The position numbers and the translations under genes are program-made. A stretch of DNA of 64,000 bases from Mobula hypostoma (Eukaryota). The DNA lies in NCBI RefSeq assembly GCF_963921235.1, contig NC_086108.1, forward strand, positions 91,080,001 to 91,144,000. The letters run 5' to 3'. Positions 1-11,533 of the stretch are shown here, in pieces. Numbering within the stretch: position 1 is the stretch's first letter; every line of letters begins with the position of its first letter. The notes under the pieces were generated by a model. It had not been told where the DNA came from. It did not search any database and worked only from the letters and a program-made list of their open reading frames with translations.

Positions 1-765
1 ATGGTTTGCAAGACAAGTTTTCAGTGTATGTCAGTGCATATGATAATAATATACCAATTTAACTACTTAATTAGATAAATAGATGCATTAAGGTAGTAGA
101 ATGTAAAACAATAACAGAGTACAGATTGATATATTACAGAGAAAGTGCAGTGCAGGTAAACAATAAGGTGCAAGGCCATAACAAGGTAGATAGAGCGGTC
201 CAGGGCCATCATACAAGAAGTCCATTCAATATTCTTATAAGAGCGGGATGTTGGCACTCATTTCCAGAGAACTATAATATAAAAGCAATGCTGAGGCTTT
301 ATGAAGCATTGTAAAGACAACACTTGGAGTATTCACGCTGGTTTCCATGATGTGCTTAGTTGTGTGTACAACTCTCTGCAATTTCTTACAATCTCAGACT
401 TCTTGTCCCATCAACCCGCAATGCATTTGGATAATGATTTTAGATTAATTCTGGGAGAAAAGAATTAGAAGCCCAAAGCTGAGTTCAACCCACAGAACTG
501 ACCTCACTTGCTGAATTAACTGCAGGCACACTGTTATGTCTTGTGGCTGCTTCTGAAAACGCTTCCAGCTCACTGGGGCTGACATCTATTCAGGCTGGGA
601 ACTGTGAAGTTAAATTGCCACCACCCATTCCTCCCCACTGTCCCACTCGCACATTTCCCAGCTGCCACCCAGCTAAGCCCCTGTAAACAGCCATCTGCAG
701 CATTTGTTTCAGATCTGATGGTTTTCTTCCTATCTCTTTTCCCCAATTATTGATTGCCTGTTAAG

Positions 766-1470
766 AACATAGAAGATGGAACATTAGAGCATAGTACAGA
801 CCCTTCAGCTCATGATGCTGTGGCAACCATCTAACCTACTGTAAGATCAATCTAACCCTTCCTTCCTACATAACCCCCCATGTTTCTATCCAGAACGAGG
901 GGTCACAGTTTGAGGATAAAGGGGAAGCCTTTTAGGACCGAGATTAGGAAAAAGTTCTTCACACAGAGAGTGGTGAATCTGTGAAATTCTCTGCCACGGG
1001 AAACAGTTGAGGCCAGTTCATTGGTTATGTTTAAGAGGGAGTTAGATATGGCCCTTGTGGCTAAAGGGATCAGGGGGTATGGAGGGAAGGCTGGTACAGG
1101 GTTCTGAGTTGGATGATCAGCCATGATCATACTGAATGGCGGTGCAGGCTCGAGGGGCCGAATGGCCTACTCCTGCACCTATTTTCGATGTTTCTATGTT
1201 TCTATAATCCTCATACCTACCTAAGTGATTCTTAAATGCCCTTAAAATATCTGCCGCCACCATCCTCTGTATAAAAACTTGTCTCTGACATTCCCCCTAT
1301 ACTTTACTCCAATCTCCTTAAAACTATGCACCCTCATATTAGCCATCTCCATCCTGGGAGAAAGTGTCTGGCTACGCACTCAATCTATGCCTTGTCACCT
1401 TGGACACCACTATCAAGTCACCACGCATCTTCCTTTGCTCCACAGAGCCCTAATTCGCTCAACCTGTCCT
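766..1470 (-). mobile_element. Old CR1 LINE 3' fragment, interrupted by a younger CR1
   Basis: Reverse tail aacatagaa...gacccttcagc at the left. Degenerate CR1 ORF2 C-terminal sequence resumes after about 1207. Confidence 0.7.
891..1206 (+). mobile_element. Younger CR1 3' end (same subfamily as 54361-55794)
   Basis: RTRGHSLRIKGKPFRTEIRKKFFTQRVVNL..., 3' stem-loop region ggccgaatggcctactcctgcacct and a (TTCTATGT)n tail. Confidence 0.9.
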
Positions 1471-2888
1471 CATATGACATGAAATCACACATAACAGTAT
1501 AACCAATGGGCTCTGCACAACTTGCTCAGCAACAGTCCCCAAGAGCCCAGGGTTATGCTCCTTTACTGTAGGAATCAATTATAATAGAGATTCCGGAGGC
1601 ATTGCTGTTTCAGGGCACACCTTGCAAGATTAATGTTTGCTGGTACAAGCTATTTACATGTAAAATATGTACTAGGCTGCTGCTATGACAGGAAGAAGTG
1701 AGAGGTGAGGCTGGGTTTAACTCACAGGAAATGGGTGGCTTGAGGTTGCCAACATGATAAAAATTTAAGAGTCTGAAAGCCCAATGCAGTTTTCATTCAA
1801 AATATATTCTTCTGGAATTTACGGAGGTGAACTATCATTGCATTTAAGAAACTTGATATGACGATGGTCTCAGTTTAAACCTTCTTCGTAATCTGGATGT
1901 TGGTGGGAGCGGCTTTCAGGGGAATGTAAATGCCTTTCCTGAACAGCCAGTGATCTAGCATTCAGAGCAGTAGACTCACACACAGCACCTCAGCCATCCT
2001 ATTCCTGTTAGTTCACCATGTACTATTCACCCCCAGCCAAAACATTCTGTGCTTGACGATACACCCTCTCACACTTCCGAACATCCCCATCACTCTACTG
2101 TCATCAGGGATTGGACATCTTTTTGTGTGTCAAGGATTTGGACCCATTTGCTCACATGCCCCCATCTGCATCTAAGACAAACTTTTTTAAATGAAGCCAA
2201 ATTTTGAAGGTGGGAATATGGCACGGAATAAATCTGCAGCTGTGGTGGTAAAAAAATTCACACTACCTTCTGAAAAGCCACCCTGCCTGTCAATCCCAGC
2301 ATTGGCAGCACTGAAACCATATTAGTTCTCAGCTTTAGAATAATGGGGTTAAATATCACGTTGGCATCAGACTTTTTATTCTTCAAACCATTCATTTGAT
2401 CTCAGCCACAAAGCCATTTGTGCTCTCAGCAGTTTCTCAATGATCCCCAGTTCCGATTGACGATGGGGCCAGAGCATGGTGATTCGTTGCAAATTGCTCT
2501 CTGCGGATACACTCATTATTTCTATTGTAATTGTTCTCATTCTATTGCTATTTTACTACCTCAATCAACTGTTTCATGAATTGATCTTTATGGATGGTTT
2601 GCAAGACAAGTCTTTCACTGTAGCTTGGTACTTGTCACAATAATATACCAATTTACTAATTTAAACCAAGTTTATTGTCATTCGAACATATACTGCAAAA
2701 ATAAACCAACTTTCTGTTGGGCCAAGGTCCACAACACAGTATATATAACTCACACAAAACACATAAAGTAATATTACCACTAATAAATAACACTAACAAG
2801 TAATAGTATATATTACAGAAGATTGATATTTAGAATAAGATGCATTTACAACACAAGTCATAAAATAAACAAGACCGTAAGACCATTA

Positions 2889-3551
2889 TCAGTTCAGTTC
2901 AGTTTTCGTTTATTGTCATTTAGGAATGCATGCATTAAAAAATGATACAACCTTCCTCCAGAATGATCTCACAAGAAAACACAGGACAGACCAACACTAA
3001 ACTGACAAAACCACAGAATTACAACATATAGTCACAACAATGCAAAGCAATACCGTAATTTGATAAAGCGCAGACCATGGGCACGGTTAAAAAAAGTCTC
3101 AAAGTCCCAATAGACTCATCATCCCACGCAGGCAGCAGAAGGAAGGAACTCTCCCCGCCATGAACCTTCAAGCGCTGCCAACTCTCCGATGCAGCACCAT
3201 TGGAAGCACCCGACTGCAGCGGACTCTGAGTCAGTCTGAAAACTTTGAGCCTCCGACCAGCCCCTCTGACACAGCCTCTCCGAGCACCATCCTCTGCCGA
3301 GCGCTTCGACCCTGCCCCGGCCGCCGAGCAACAAGCAAAGTCGAGGACTCAGGCCCTTCCCCTCCGGAGATTCTGGACCACACAGTAGCAGCAGCGGCGA
3401 AGCAGGCATTTCAGAAGTTTCACCAGATGTTCCTCCGTGCTCTCACGTCCGTCTCTATCAAATCAGGATTGTGCACAGCATCCTACTTGACAAATAACAG
3501 ACATCACCACCGGCGTGGCCGCTACGAGCTGCGTCGCGCTGCCATCTTCTT
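2889..3551 (-). mobile_element. Non-autonomous non-coding retroelement, family A copy 1
   Basis: Colinear with 29953-30634. On the minus strand it starts AAGAAGATGGCAGCG and ends gacAATAAAcgaaa(ACTGA)n. It splits a CR1 tail (gaccgtaagaccatta / ctagagcagagttaggcc). Confidence 0.8.
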
Positions 3552-3765
3552 ACTAGAGCAGAGTTAGGCCATTTGGCCCATTGTGCCTGCTCTGCCATTT
3601 CATAATGGCTGATCCATTTCCCTCTCAGTCCCATTTTCTCCCCGTATCTCTTCATGCCTTGACTAATCAAGAATCTGTCAACCTTTGCCTTAAGTATACC
3701 CAATGACTTGGCCTCCACAGCCGTTTGTGACAACAAATTCCACAGGTTCACTGCTCTCTGGCTTT
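3552..3765 (-). mobile_element. CR1 3' fragment
   Basis: SQRAVNLWNLLSQTAVEAKSLGILKAKVDRFLISQGM in ORF 3458..3895. Confidence 0.85.
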
Positions 3766-4553
3766 TCATAAGTGATGACACCTGGGAGTAAAATAGTCTC
3801 ATGGCCTGGGAGGGAAGAGACTGTAAACTGGCCAGGGGGCTATATAAAATCAGGGTCGTTTTGAAGCAATGCAAAGTCCAATTTTCCAAGCTCACGAGTA
3901 AGATGCCTTGAGCACTAATATCAGAAAGCTGACTACGTATTGTTGGAAAATTGAGATCAGTACAGACTTGATTATGAATATCCTTCTCTGTGACTTATTG
4001 TAATTGATTCTTTGTAGTGTTTGGTGAGTGCAAGGAGCTGTTGCATGCAAATAAATATCTCAGTGAATATGGCAATAATTAGCTACGGTTATTTCTAAAC
4101 TGATAAATATTCCTTCAAAGTTTTAACAAAAGCTGTGCAAGACAGGGCTTTGAGTGCATTTGCCTCATCTGGGAGCCATCTAGTGTTTAGTTAACAATAT
4201 GCAAGAGTGTTTCGACGTTATCCAATGTACAATTCAGATGCAGTGATAGACTGGTTATAGGAGATCCACAAGGTTTGCATTTAAGTAATTAGCACAATAT
4301 TTGATGATCACAAAACAAATCCCGCAAAAAAAACTCCCCTTCAGCAAAACTATTATATAAAAAAAAGTGTTGTGTTGTTCGGCATCATGGTAAATACCTC
4401 TGCAGGTATTTTACAGATTCTGATTTCCTTGAAGAATCTAAATACTATACTTCCACAATCAGGTTGCATTCTCTTTTTTTTTATTATTCTAGATAGGATT
4501 CTCTTTCTATAAAATCATGCGTATATCTTAGAAATGATTCCTCACCATGGATT

Positions 4554-5403
4554 AGAATCAGAATCAGGTTTATTATCACTGGCATGTGATGTGAAATTTG
4601 TTAACTTCGCAGCAGCAGCAGTTAAATGCAATACATAATCTAACAGAGAGAAAAATAATAATAAAAAATAAAATAAAACATGATAATAAATAAACAAGTA
4701 AATCAATTAATATATTGAATAGATTAAAAAGACATGCAGAAACAGAAATACTGTATATTTTAAAAAAAGTGAGGTAGTGTCCAAAGCTTCAATGTCCATT
4801 TAGGAATCAGATGGCAGAGGGGAAGAAGCTGTTCCTGAATCTCTGAGTGTGTGCCTTCAGGCTTCTGTACCTCCTGCCTGATGGTAACAGTGAGAAAAAG
4901 GCACGCCCTGGGTGCTGAAGGTCCTCAATAATGGACGCTGCCTTTCTGAGACACCGATCCCTAAAGATGTCCTGGGTACTTTGTAGGCTAGTGCCCAAGA
5001 TGGAGCTGACTAGATTTACAACCTTCTGCAGCTTCTTTCGGTCCTGTGCAGTAGCCCCTCCATACCAGACAGTGTTGCAGCCTGTCAGAATGCTCTCCAC
5101 GGTACAACTATAGAAGTTTTTGAGTGCATTTGTTGACATGCCAAATCTCTTCAAATTCCTAATAAAGTATAGCTGCTGTCTTGCCTTCTTTATAACTACA
5201 TCGATATGTTGGGACCAGGTTAGATCCTCAGAGATCTTGACACCCAGGAACTTGAAGCTGCTCACTCTCTCCACTTCTGATCCCTCTATGAGGATTGGTA
5301 TATGTTCCTTCGTCTTACCCTTCCTGAAGTCCACAATCAGGTCTTTCGTCTTACTGACATTGAGTGCCAGGTTGTTGCTATGGCACCATTCCACTAGCTG
5401 GCA
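4554..5403 (-). mobile_element. Rex1/Babar LINE, 5'-truncated
   Basis: ORF 4807..5436: WCHSNNLALNVSKTKDLIVDFRK...FKFLGVKISEDLTWS...RFRNSFFPSAI. AT-rich 3' UTR with a (TGATTC)n tail. Confidence 0.9.
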
Positions 5404-5422
5404 AAGCACAGACTTTAAAATG

Positions 5423-5980
5423 CACTCAGTGGCCACTTTAAAAGGTACCGCCTATACCTGATAATTGGTCGTTCAGTGTATGCCCATGGTCTACTGCTGC
5501 TGTAGACCATCCACTTAAAGGTTTGACGTGTTGTGCGTTCAGAGATACTCTTCTGCACACCACTGTTGTAACACGTGGTTATTTGAGTTACTGTCACCTT
5601 CCTGTCAGCTTTAACCAGTCTGGCCATTCTCCCCTGATTTCTCTCATTAACAGGGCGTTTTCACCCACGGAACTGATGCTCACTAGAAGTTTTTTTTTAT
5701 TTTTCACACCATTCTCTGTAAATTCTAGCAACTGTTGTGCCTGAAAATCCCTGGAAATCAGCAGTTTTTGAGATGCTCAAACCACCCCATCTGGCACCAG
5801 CCATCATTCCACATTCAAAGTCACGTGGATCACATTTCCTCCCTATTCTGATGTTTGTTCTCAACACCAACTGGACCTCTTGACCATTTCTGCATGCTTT
5901 TATGCATTGGGTTGCTGCCACATGATTGGCTGTTTAGATATTTGCATTAACCAGCAGGTTTGCATGCTTACCTAATAAAC
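5423..5980 (-). mobile_element. Internally deleted Tc1/mariner element
   Basis: Left end cactcagtggccactttaaaaggtac; partial right end acctaataaa. Transposase N-terminal HTH remnants RDFECGMMAGAR...SISKTAD and MARLVKADRKVTVTQITTCYNSGVQKSISERTTRQT. Confidence 0.85.
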
Positions 5981-6569
5981 ATGGAATTTGAGAAACTCTT
6001 AGCTAGGCGCATGGATGGCTATGTAGAAGGGAAGTGTTAGCTTGTTTTCAGAATATGGTAAAAGATCAGCACAACATCATGCATGGAATGGCACGTATTG
6101 TGCTGTACAGATCTATGTTCTAAATATGATATAGAATAATGACAGACATGATACTTCCAGTGGGAAACAATGCACAGAACTGTAACAACTCAGAAAGAGA
6201 CCATTCAGCCCATCAAATCCAATAATTGTACTAGCCACAGACCACTTCAATACATAAGTTTATTTTTAAAGGATCAAGTTTAAAATTATCACTTTTAACT
6301 CTCCACCCAACTCCCACATATCAGTCTGTTGTCTCCTAGACTGTTACAACAAGTTTTAATGCAAGCATGTGGAACAGCACCTTGTCTTCTGTCTGGGCCT
6401 GTTGCAGCCTTAGAATCATCGAGATGTACAACAGAGAAACAGGCCCTTCAGCACATTGCATCAATGCTAGTCCTCAGTCTTATTTATTCTAATGCCACTT
6501 GCTTGCAGTAGTTCCCAATCCCTCTAGATGATGCTCATTAAATGCTGTTAAACTACCTTTGACACCTTG

Positions 6570-7857
6570 GATAGACATGGACTGGAAAACAGCATGGCTT
6601 CTTGTATGGTAGCTTGCATCTAACCAATCTTACAGAGTTTTTTGAGGACATTTCAAAGAAAGTTGATGAAGACAAGACAGTGGATGTTGTGTACATGGAC
6701 TTAAGCAAAGCATTTGCAATGGGAGATTGGTCCAGAAGGTTCATTTGCTCGACCTTCAAGATAGGGCACTGAAATGGATTAGACATTGCCTTTGTGGGAG
6801 AAACTAGAGAGTGGCAGTAGATAGTTGCCTCTCTGACTGGAGACTTGTGACAAGTGGAGAGTTGCAGGGATTGGTGCTGGGTCCATTGTTGTTTGCCAAC
6901 TATATCAGTGATCTGATTGATAATGTGGTTAACTGGATCAGCAAATTTGCAGATGACAGCAAGATTGGAGGTATAGTGGATGGCGAAGAAAACTATTATT
7001 GCTTTCAGTAGGATCTTCACCAGCTGGAAAAATGAGCTAAAAAAATGACAGATGGAATTTAATGCAGATAAGTGTGAAATCTTGCACTTTGGTAGGATCA
7101 ACCAGGTTGGGCCTTACACAACCAGGGTAGGGCACTGAGGAGTGCAGGAGAACAAAGGGATCTAGGAATACAGGTCCATAATTCATTGAAAGTGACAACA
7201 CAGGCAGATAAGGCTGGAAAGAACACTTTTGGGTCATTAGCCTTCATAAATCAAAATATTGATGACAGGCAATTGAATGTTATGTTGAAGTTGTATAAGA
7301 CATTGGTGAGGCCTAATTTGGAGTACTGTGTGCAGATTTAGTCACCCACCAACAGGAAAGATGTAAATAAGGTTGTAAGATTACTGAGAAAATTTACAAG
7401 GATGTCGCTGGGACTAGAGAATCCTAGTTATAAAGAAAGATTCATTAGGTTAAGACTTTATTCCTTGGAACATAAAAGATTGGGAGGAGATTTGATAGAG
7501 CTGTACAAAATTATGAGGGATATAGATAAGGTTAATTCAAGCAGACTTTTTCCCACTGAGGTTGGTTGGGACTACAATTTTAAATCGTGGGTTAAGGGTG
7601 AGTCTTGAAAAGTTGAAGGGGAACATGAAGGGAAACTTCTTCAGTCAGAGGGTCATTAGAGCGTGGAATGAGCTGCCAGAGCAAGTGGTGCACACGGGCT
7701 TGATTTCAATATTTGATAGATACATGGATGGGTGGGGTGTAGAGAGCAATGGTCCCATTGCAGGCCTGGGAGTAGTCAGTGTAAGTGGTTCAGCACAAAC
7801 TAGATGGGCCAAATAACCCGTTTCTCTGCTGAACTTTTCTATGACTTTGTAACTCTG
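6570..7857 (+). mobile_element. CR1 LINE RT/3' fragment (decayed)
   Basis: QHGF...LTNL.EFFE; VTSGELQGLVLGPLLF..YISDL...ISKFADDSKIGG; NFFSQRVIRAWNELPE; 3' tail. Confidence 0.9.
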
Positions 7858-8986
7858 CAAATGCTGTTACTGTTCTCATCTTCACCACCTCATTCCGGAT
7901 ATCATAGCTTTCTGAAGGGGTGGTAGATAGAACATATAGAGAGGTAGATACACCCAAGGTGCAAAACACAGGAAACTGGGTGACAGGAAGGGGAAAGAGG
8001 TTAAGGAGCCAGTGCAGAGTACCCCTGTGGCCGTCCCTTCAACAACAGATATCTCACTTTGGATGCTATTAGGGTGGATGACCTAACAGAAAAAGTCACA
8101 GTGGTCAGATCTCTGCCTATGATACTCAGAAGGGAGGAGGGGAGAAGAGGCATCCTGTGGTGATAGGGGATTTGTTATTTAGGGCAACAGACAGGAGGTT
8201 CTGTGGGCGAGAGAAAGATTCCCAGATGCTGTGTTGCCTCCTGGGTGCCAGGGTCCAGGTTATCTCAGATCGAGTCTTCAGCAATCTTAAGTGGGAGGTG
8301 AACAGCCAAAAGTCATTGTCCATGTAGGTATCAATGATATGTGTAGGATGAGTGATGAGGTTCTGCATAGGGAGTTCAGGGAGTTAGGTGCTAACTTAAA
8401 GGGCTGGACCTCCAGGGTTGTGATCTCAGGATTGGTACCAGTGCTACGTGCTGGTGAGGCCAGGAATTGGAAGATTATATAGTTTACCATGTGGCTAAGG
8501 AGTTGGTGTAGGAGGGAGGCCATAAGATTTTTGGATCATTGTGCTCTCTTCTAGGGAAGGCGAGTCCTATACAGAAGAGATTCTTTGCACCTGAACTGGA
8601 AGGGGACTAATATCCTAGTGGGAAAGTTTGTTAATGCTGCACGATGGTGTTTAAACTAGATTTCCAGGGGGATGGGAACTAGAGTGCCAGAGCAATGAGT
8701 GGAGAGGCTGTGGAGGCAAATATTGGTAAGATAAAGTTAGGAATCAAAAGGTTGAGCATGGTGCAACTAGTGTCCTGTGCTGCCTATATTTCAATGCAAG
8801 AAGAATCATAGGAAAGGCTGATAATAGTACTGAAGATGAGGTAGCTGGTTTACAAATAGAGGCAACGTATAGTGAAGGGAGGTTGCTAATAGGGCAAAAT
8901 TGCAGTCATCAGGATAAGTTTCAATGTAAAATATGGACAAAATTGAAAATAGTGAATACAGGACTGAAGGTGTTGTATCTGAAAGT

Positions 8987-9274
8987 CGTTGTCGTGGCTA
9001 TCCCTCAAGGTCGAGGATGATGGTCTTCGTTCTGAAGAAGTGGCCCTCAGAGTGAAGACGCCTGTGTGTGTATTTGTTTAACATGTAGTTGATGCTGCAC
9101 TCCAAGAAGCACACGATACTTCACAAATCAACCAATCGATTCCAATGGCATGGAAACCATGATGATTGGAGCCGACGGATTTGTTGCAGCCTTCATCCGC
9201 CTTCACAACCGTTGAGTTCCAAGTAACTTCATCCACCTGTTCTGCCGTTGAGGTCTTGGTTGGATTATTCTTTG
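8987..9274 (-). mobile_element. 288-bp short retroposon with RTE-like 3' end
   Basis: Perfect 9-bp TSD TCTGAAAGT (8978-8986 and 9275-9283). Minus-strand end accatcatcctcgaccttgagggatagccacgacaacg resembles RTE-clade 3' ends; the family assignment is inferred. Confidence 0.7.
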
Positions 9275-11027
9275 TCTGAAAGTGTGCAGTATACCAAATA
9301 AGATAGATGAATTTTCAGCACAGTTGCAGATTGGCGGGCATGATGTCGTAGGCATCACTGAATCATGGTTGAAAGATTATAGCTGGGAGCTTAATGTCCA
9401 AAGATTTACATTGTATCGAAAGGATAGGCAGGAAGGTAGAGGGTGTGGCATTGCTCTGTTGGTAAAAATTTAAATCAAATCATTAGAAAGAGGTGACATA
9501 GGGTTGGAAGGCGTTGAATCATTGTAGATAGAGCTAAGGAGCTGCAAGGGTAAAAAGACCCTGATGGGGTTCTATATAGAATCCCAAATAGTAGTGCAGA
9601 TGTGGCCTATAAATAGCCACGGGAGATAAAAAAATGCATGCCAAAAGGGCAATGTTACAATAGTCATGGAGGACTTCAATATGCAGGTAAATTGGAAAAA
9701 TCAGGTTTGTGCTGGATTACAGGAGGGGAAATTTCTAGAGCGCCTACAATATGGCTTTTAGGAGCAGCTTATGGTTGAGCCCACTATAGGATCAGCTATT
9801 CTGGATTGGGTGTCGTGCAATGAACCAGGATTGATTACAAAGCTTAAGGTAAAAGTGATCATAACATGATTGAATTCACCCTGAAATTTAAGAAGGTAAA
9901 GCTAAAGTCAGATGTATCAGTATTACAGTGGAGTAAAAGGGAATTACAGAGGCATGAGAGAGGAGCTGACCAGAAAAGAATACTGGTAGGGATGATGGTA
10001 TAGCAGCATTGGCTGAAATTTATGGAAGTAATTTGGAAGGCACAGGATATATACATCCCAAAGAGGAAGAAGTATTCTTAAAGGAAAGATGACATAACCG
10101 TAGCTGTCAAGAGAAATCAAAGCCAATATAAAAGCCAAAGAGAGAATATATAATAGAGCAAAAATTAGTGGGAAGTGAGAGGATTGGGAAACTTTTAAAA
10201 ATCAACAGAAGGCAACTAAAAAAACAATTAAGAAGGAAAAGATGGAATATGAAAGCAAGCTAGCCAATAATAGAAAAGAGAATACAAAAGGTTTCTTCAG
10301 ATACATAAAGTGTAAAAGAGAGGGGAGAGTGGATATCAGACCACTGGAAACTGCTGCTGGAGAGAGTAATGGGGAACAATGAAATAGTGGATGAACTGAA
10401 TAAGTATTTTGCACCAGTCTTCACTGTGGAAGACACTAGCAGTCTGGTGGAAGGTCCAGATACCTGGGAACATGAAGTGTGTGAAATTACCATAACTGGA
10501 GAGAATGTTCTTGGGAAACTGTAAGGTCTGAAAGTAGATAAGTCACTGGGATCAGATTGTGTTCACTTCAGAGTTCTGAAAGAGGTGGCTGAAGATATTG
10601 TGGAGACATTAGTAATGATCTTTCAAGAACCATTAGATTCTGGAATATTCTGAAAGACTGGAAAATTGCAAATTCCACTGTTCAAGAAGGAAGAGAGGCA
10701 GAAGGAAGGAAACTATAGGCCAGTTAGTCTGACATCAGTGGTTGGGAAGATGTTGAAGTCAATTACTAAGGGTGAGGTCTCAGGGTACTTGGAGGCACAT
10801 GATAAAATAGGCAGTAGTCGGCATAGTTTCCTCAAGGGAAAACCTTGCCAACATATCTGTTGGAATTCTTTGATGAAGTAACAAGCAGGATATTCAAAGT
10901 AGAATTAGCTGATGTTGTGTGCTTGGATTTTTAGAAGGCCTTTAACAAGGTGCCACACCTGAGGCTGTTTAACAAGCTCCAAGCCAATGATATTACAGGA
11001 GAGATTCTAGCATGGATGAAGCAGTGG

Positions 11028-11533
11028 AACGCAGCAGGCCAGGCAGCGTCTATAGAAAGAAGTACAGTCGCTGTTTCGGGCTGAGACCCTTCATCAGGAC
11101 TAACTGAAAGAAGAGATTTGAAAGTGGGAGGGGTAGGGAGAGACCTGAAGTGATAGGAGAAGACAGGAGGGAGAGGGATGGAGCTGAGCTGGAAAGTTGA
11201 TTGGCAAAAGGGATACAAGGCTGAAGAACGGAGAGGATCATGGGACGGGAGGCCTACCGAGAAAGAAAGGGGGAGGGGAGCACCAGAGGAAGATGGAGAG
11301 CAGGTAAGAAGTTATTGTGAGAGGGACAAAGAGAGAAAAAAAAGAGAGAAGGGGAAGTTAGAGAAATCAATGTTCATGCCATCAGGTTGGAGGCTGCCCA
11401 GACGGAATATAAGGTGTTGTTCCTCCAACCTCGACTGTACTTCTTCCTATAGATGCTGCCTGGCCTGCTGTGTTCCACCAGCATTTTGTGTGTGTTGCTT
11501 GAATTTCTAGCATCTGCAGATTTCCTCGTGTTT
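11028..11533. mobile_element. Penelope-like element terminal fragment with inverted pLTR piece
   Basis: 11028-11431 is the minus-strand PLE 3' end (similar to 57760-58207). 11432-11533 is the same terminal repeat on the plus strand. Flanked by an 18-bp duplication gcatggat(g/a)aagcagtgg. Confidence 0.88.

Noticed and set aside
3119..3567. ORFs in family A repeats (also 30102..30488)
   Set aside because: Starts, stops and frames are not conserved between the two copies; these are GC-rich chance ORFs.
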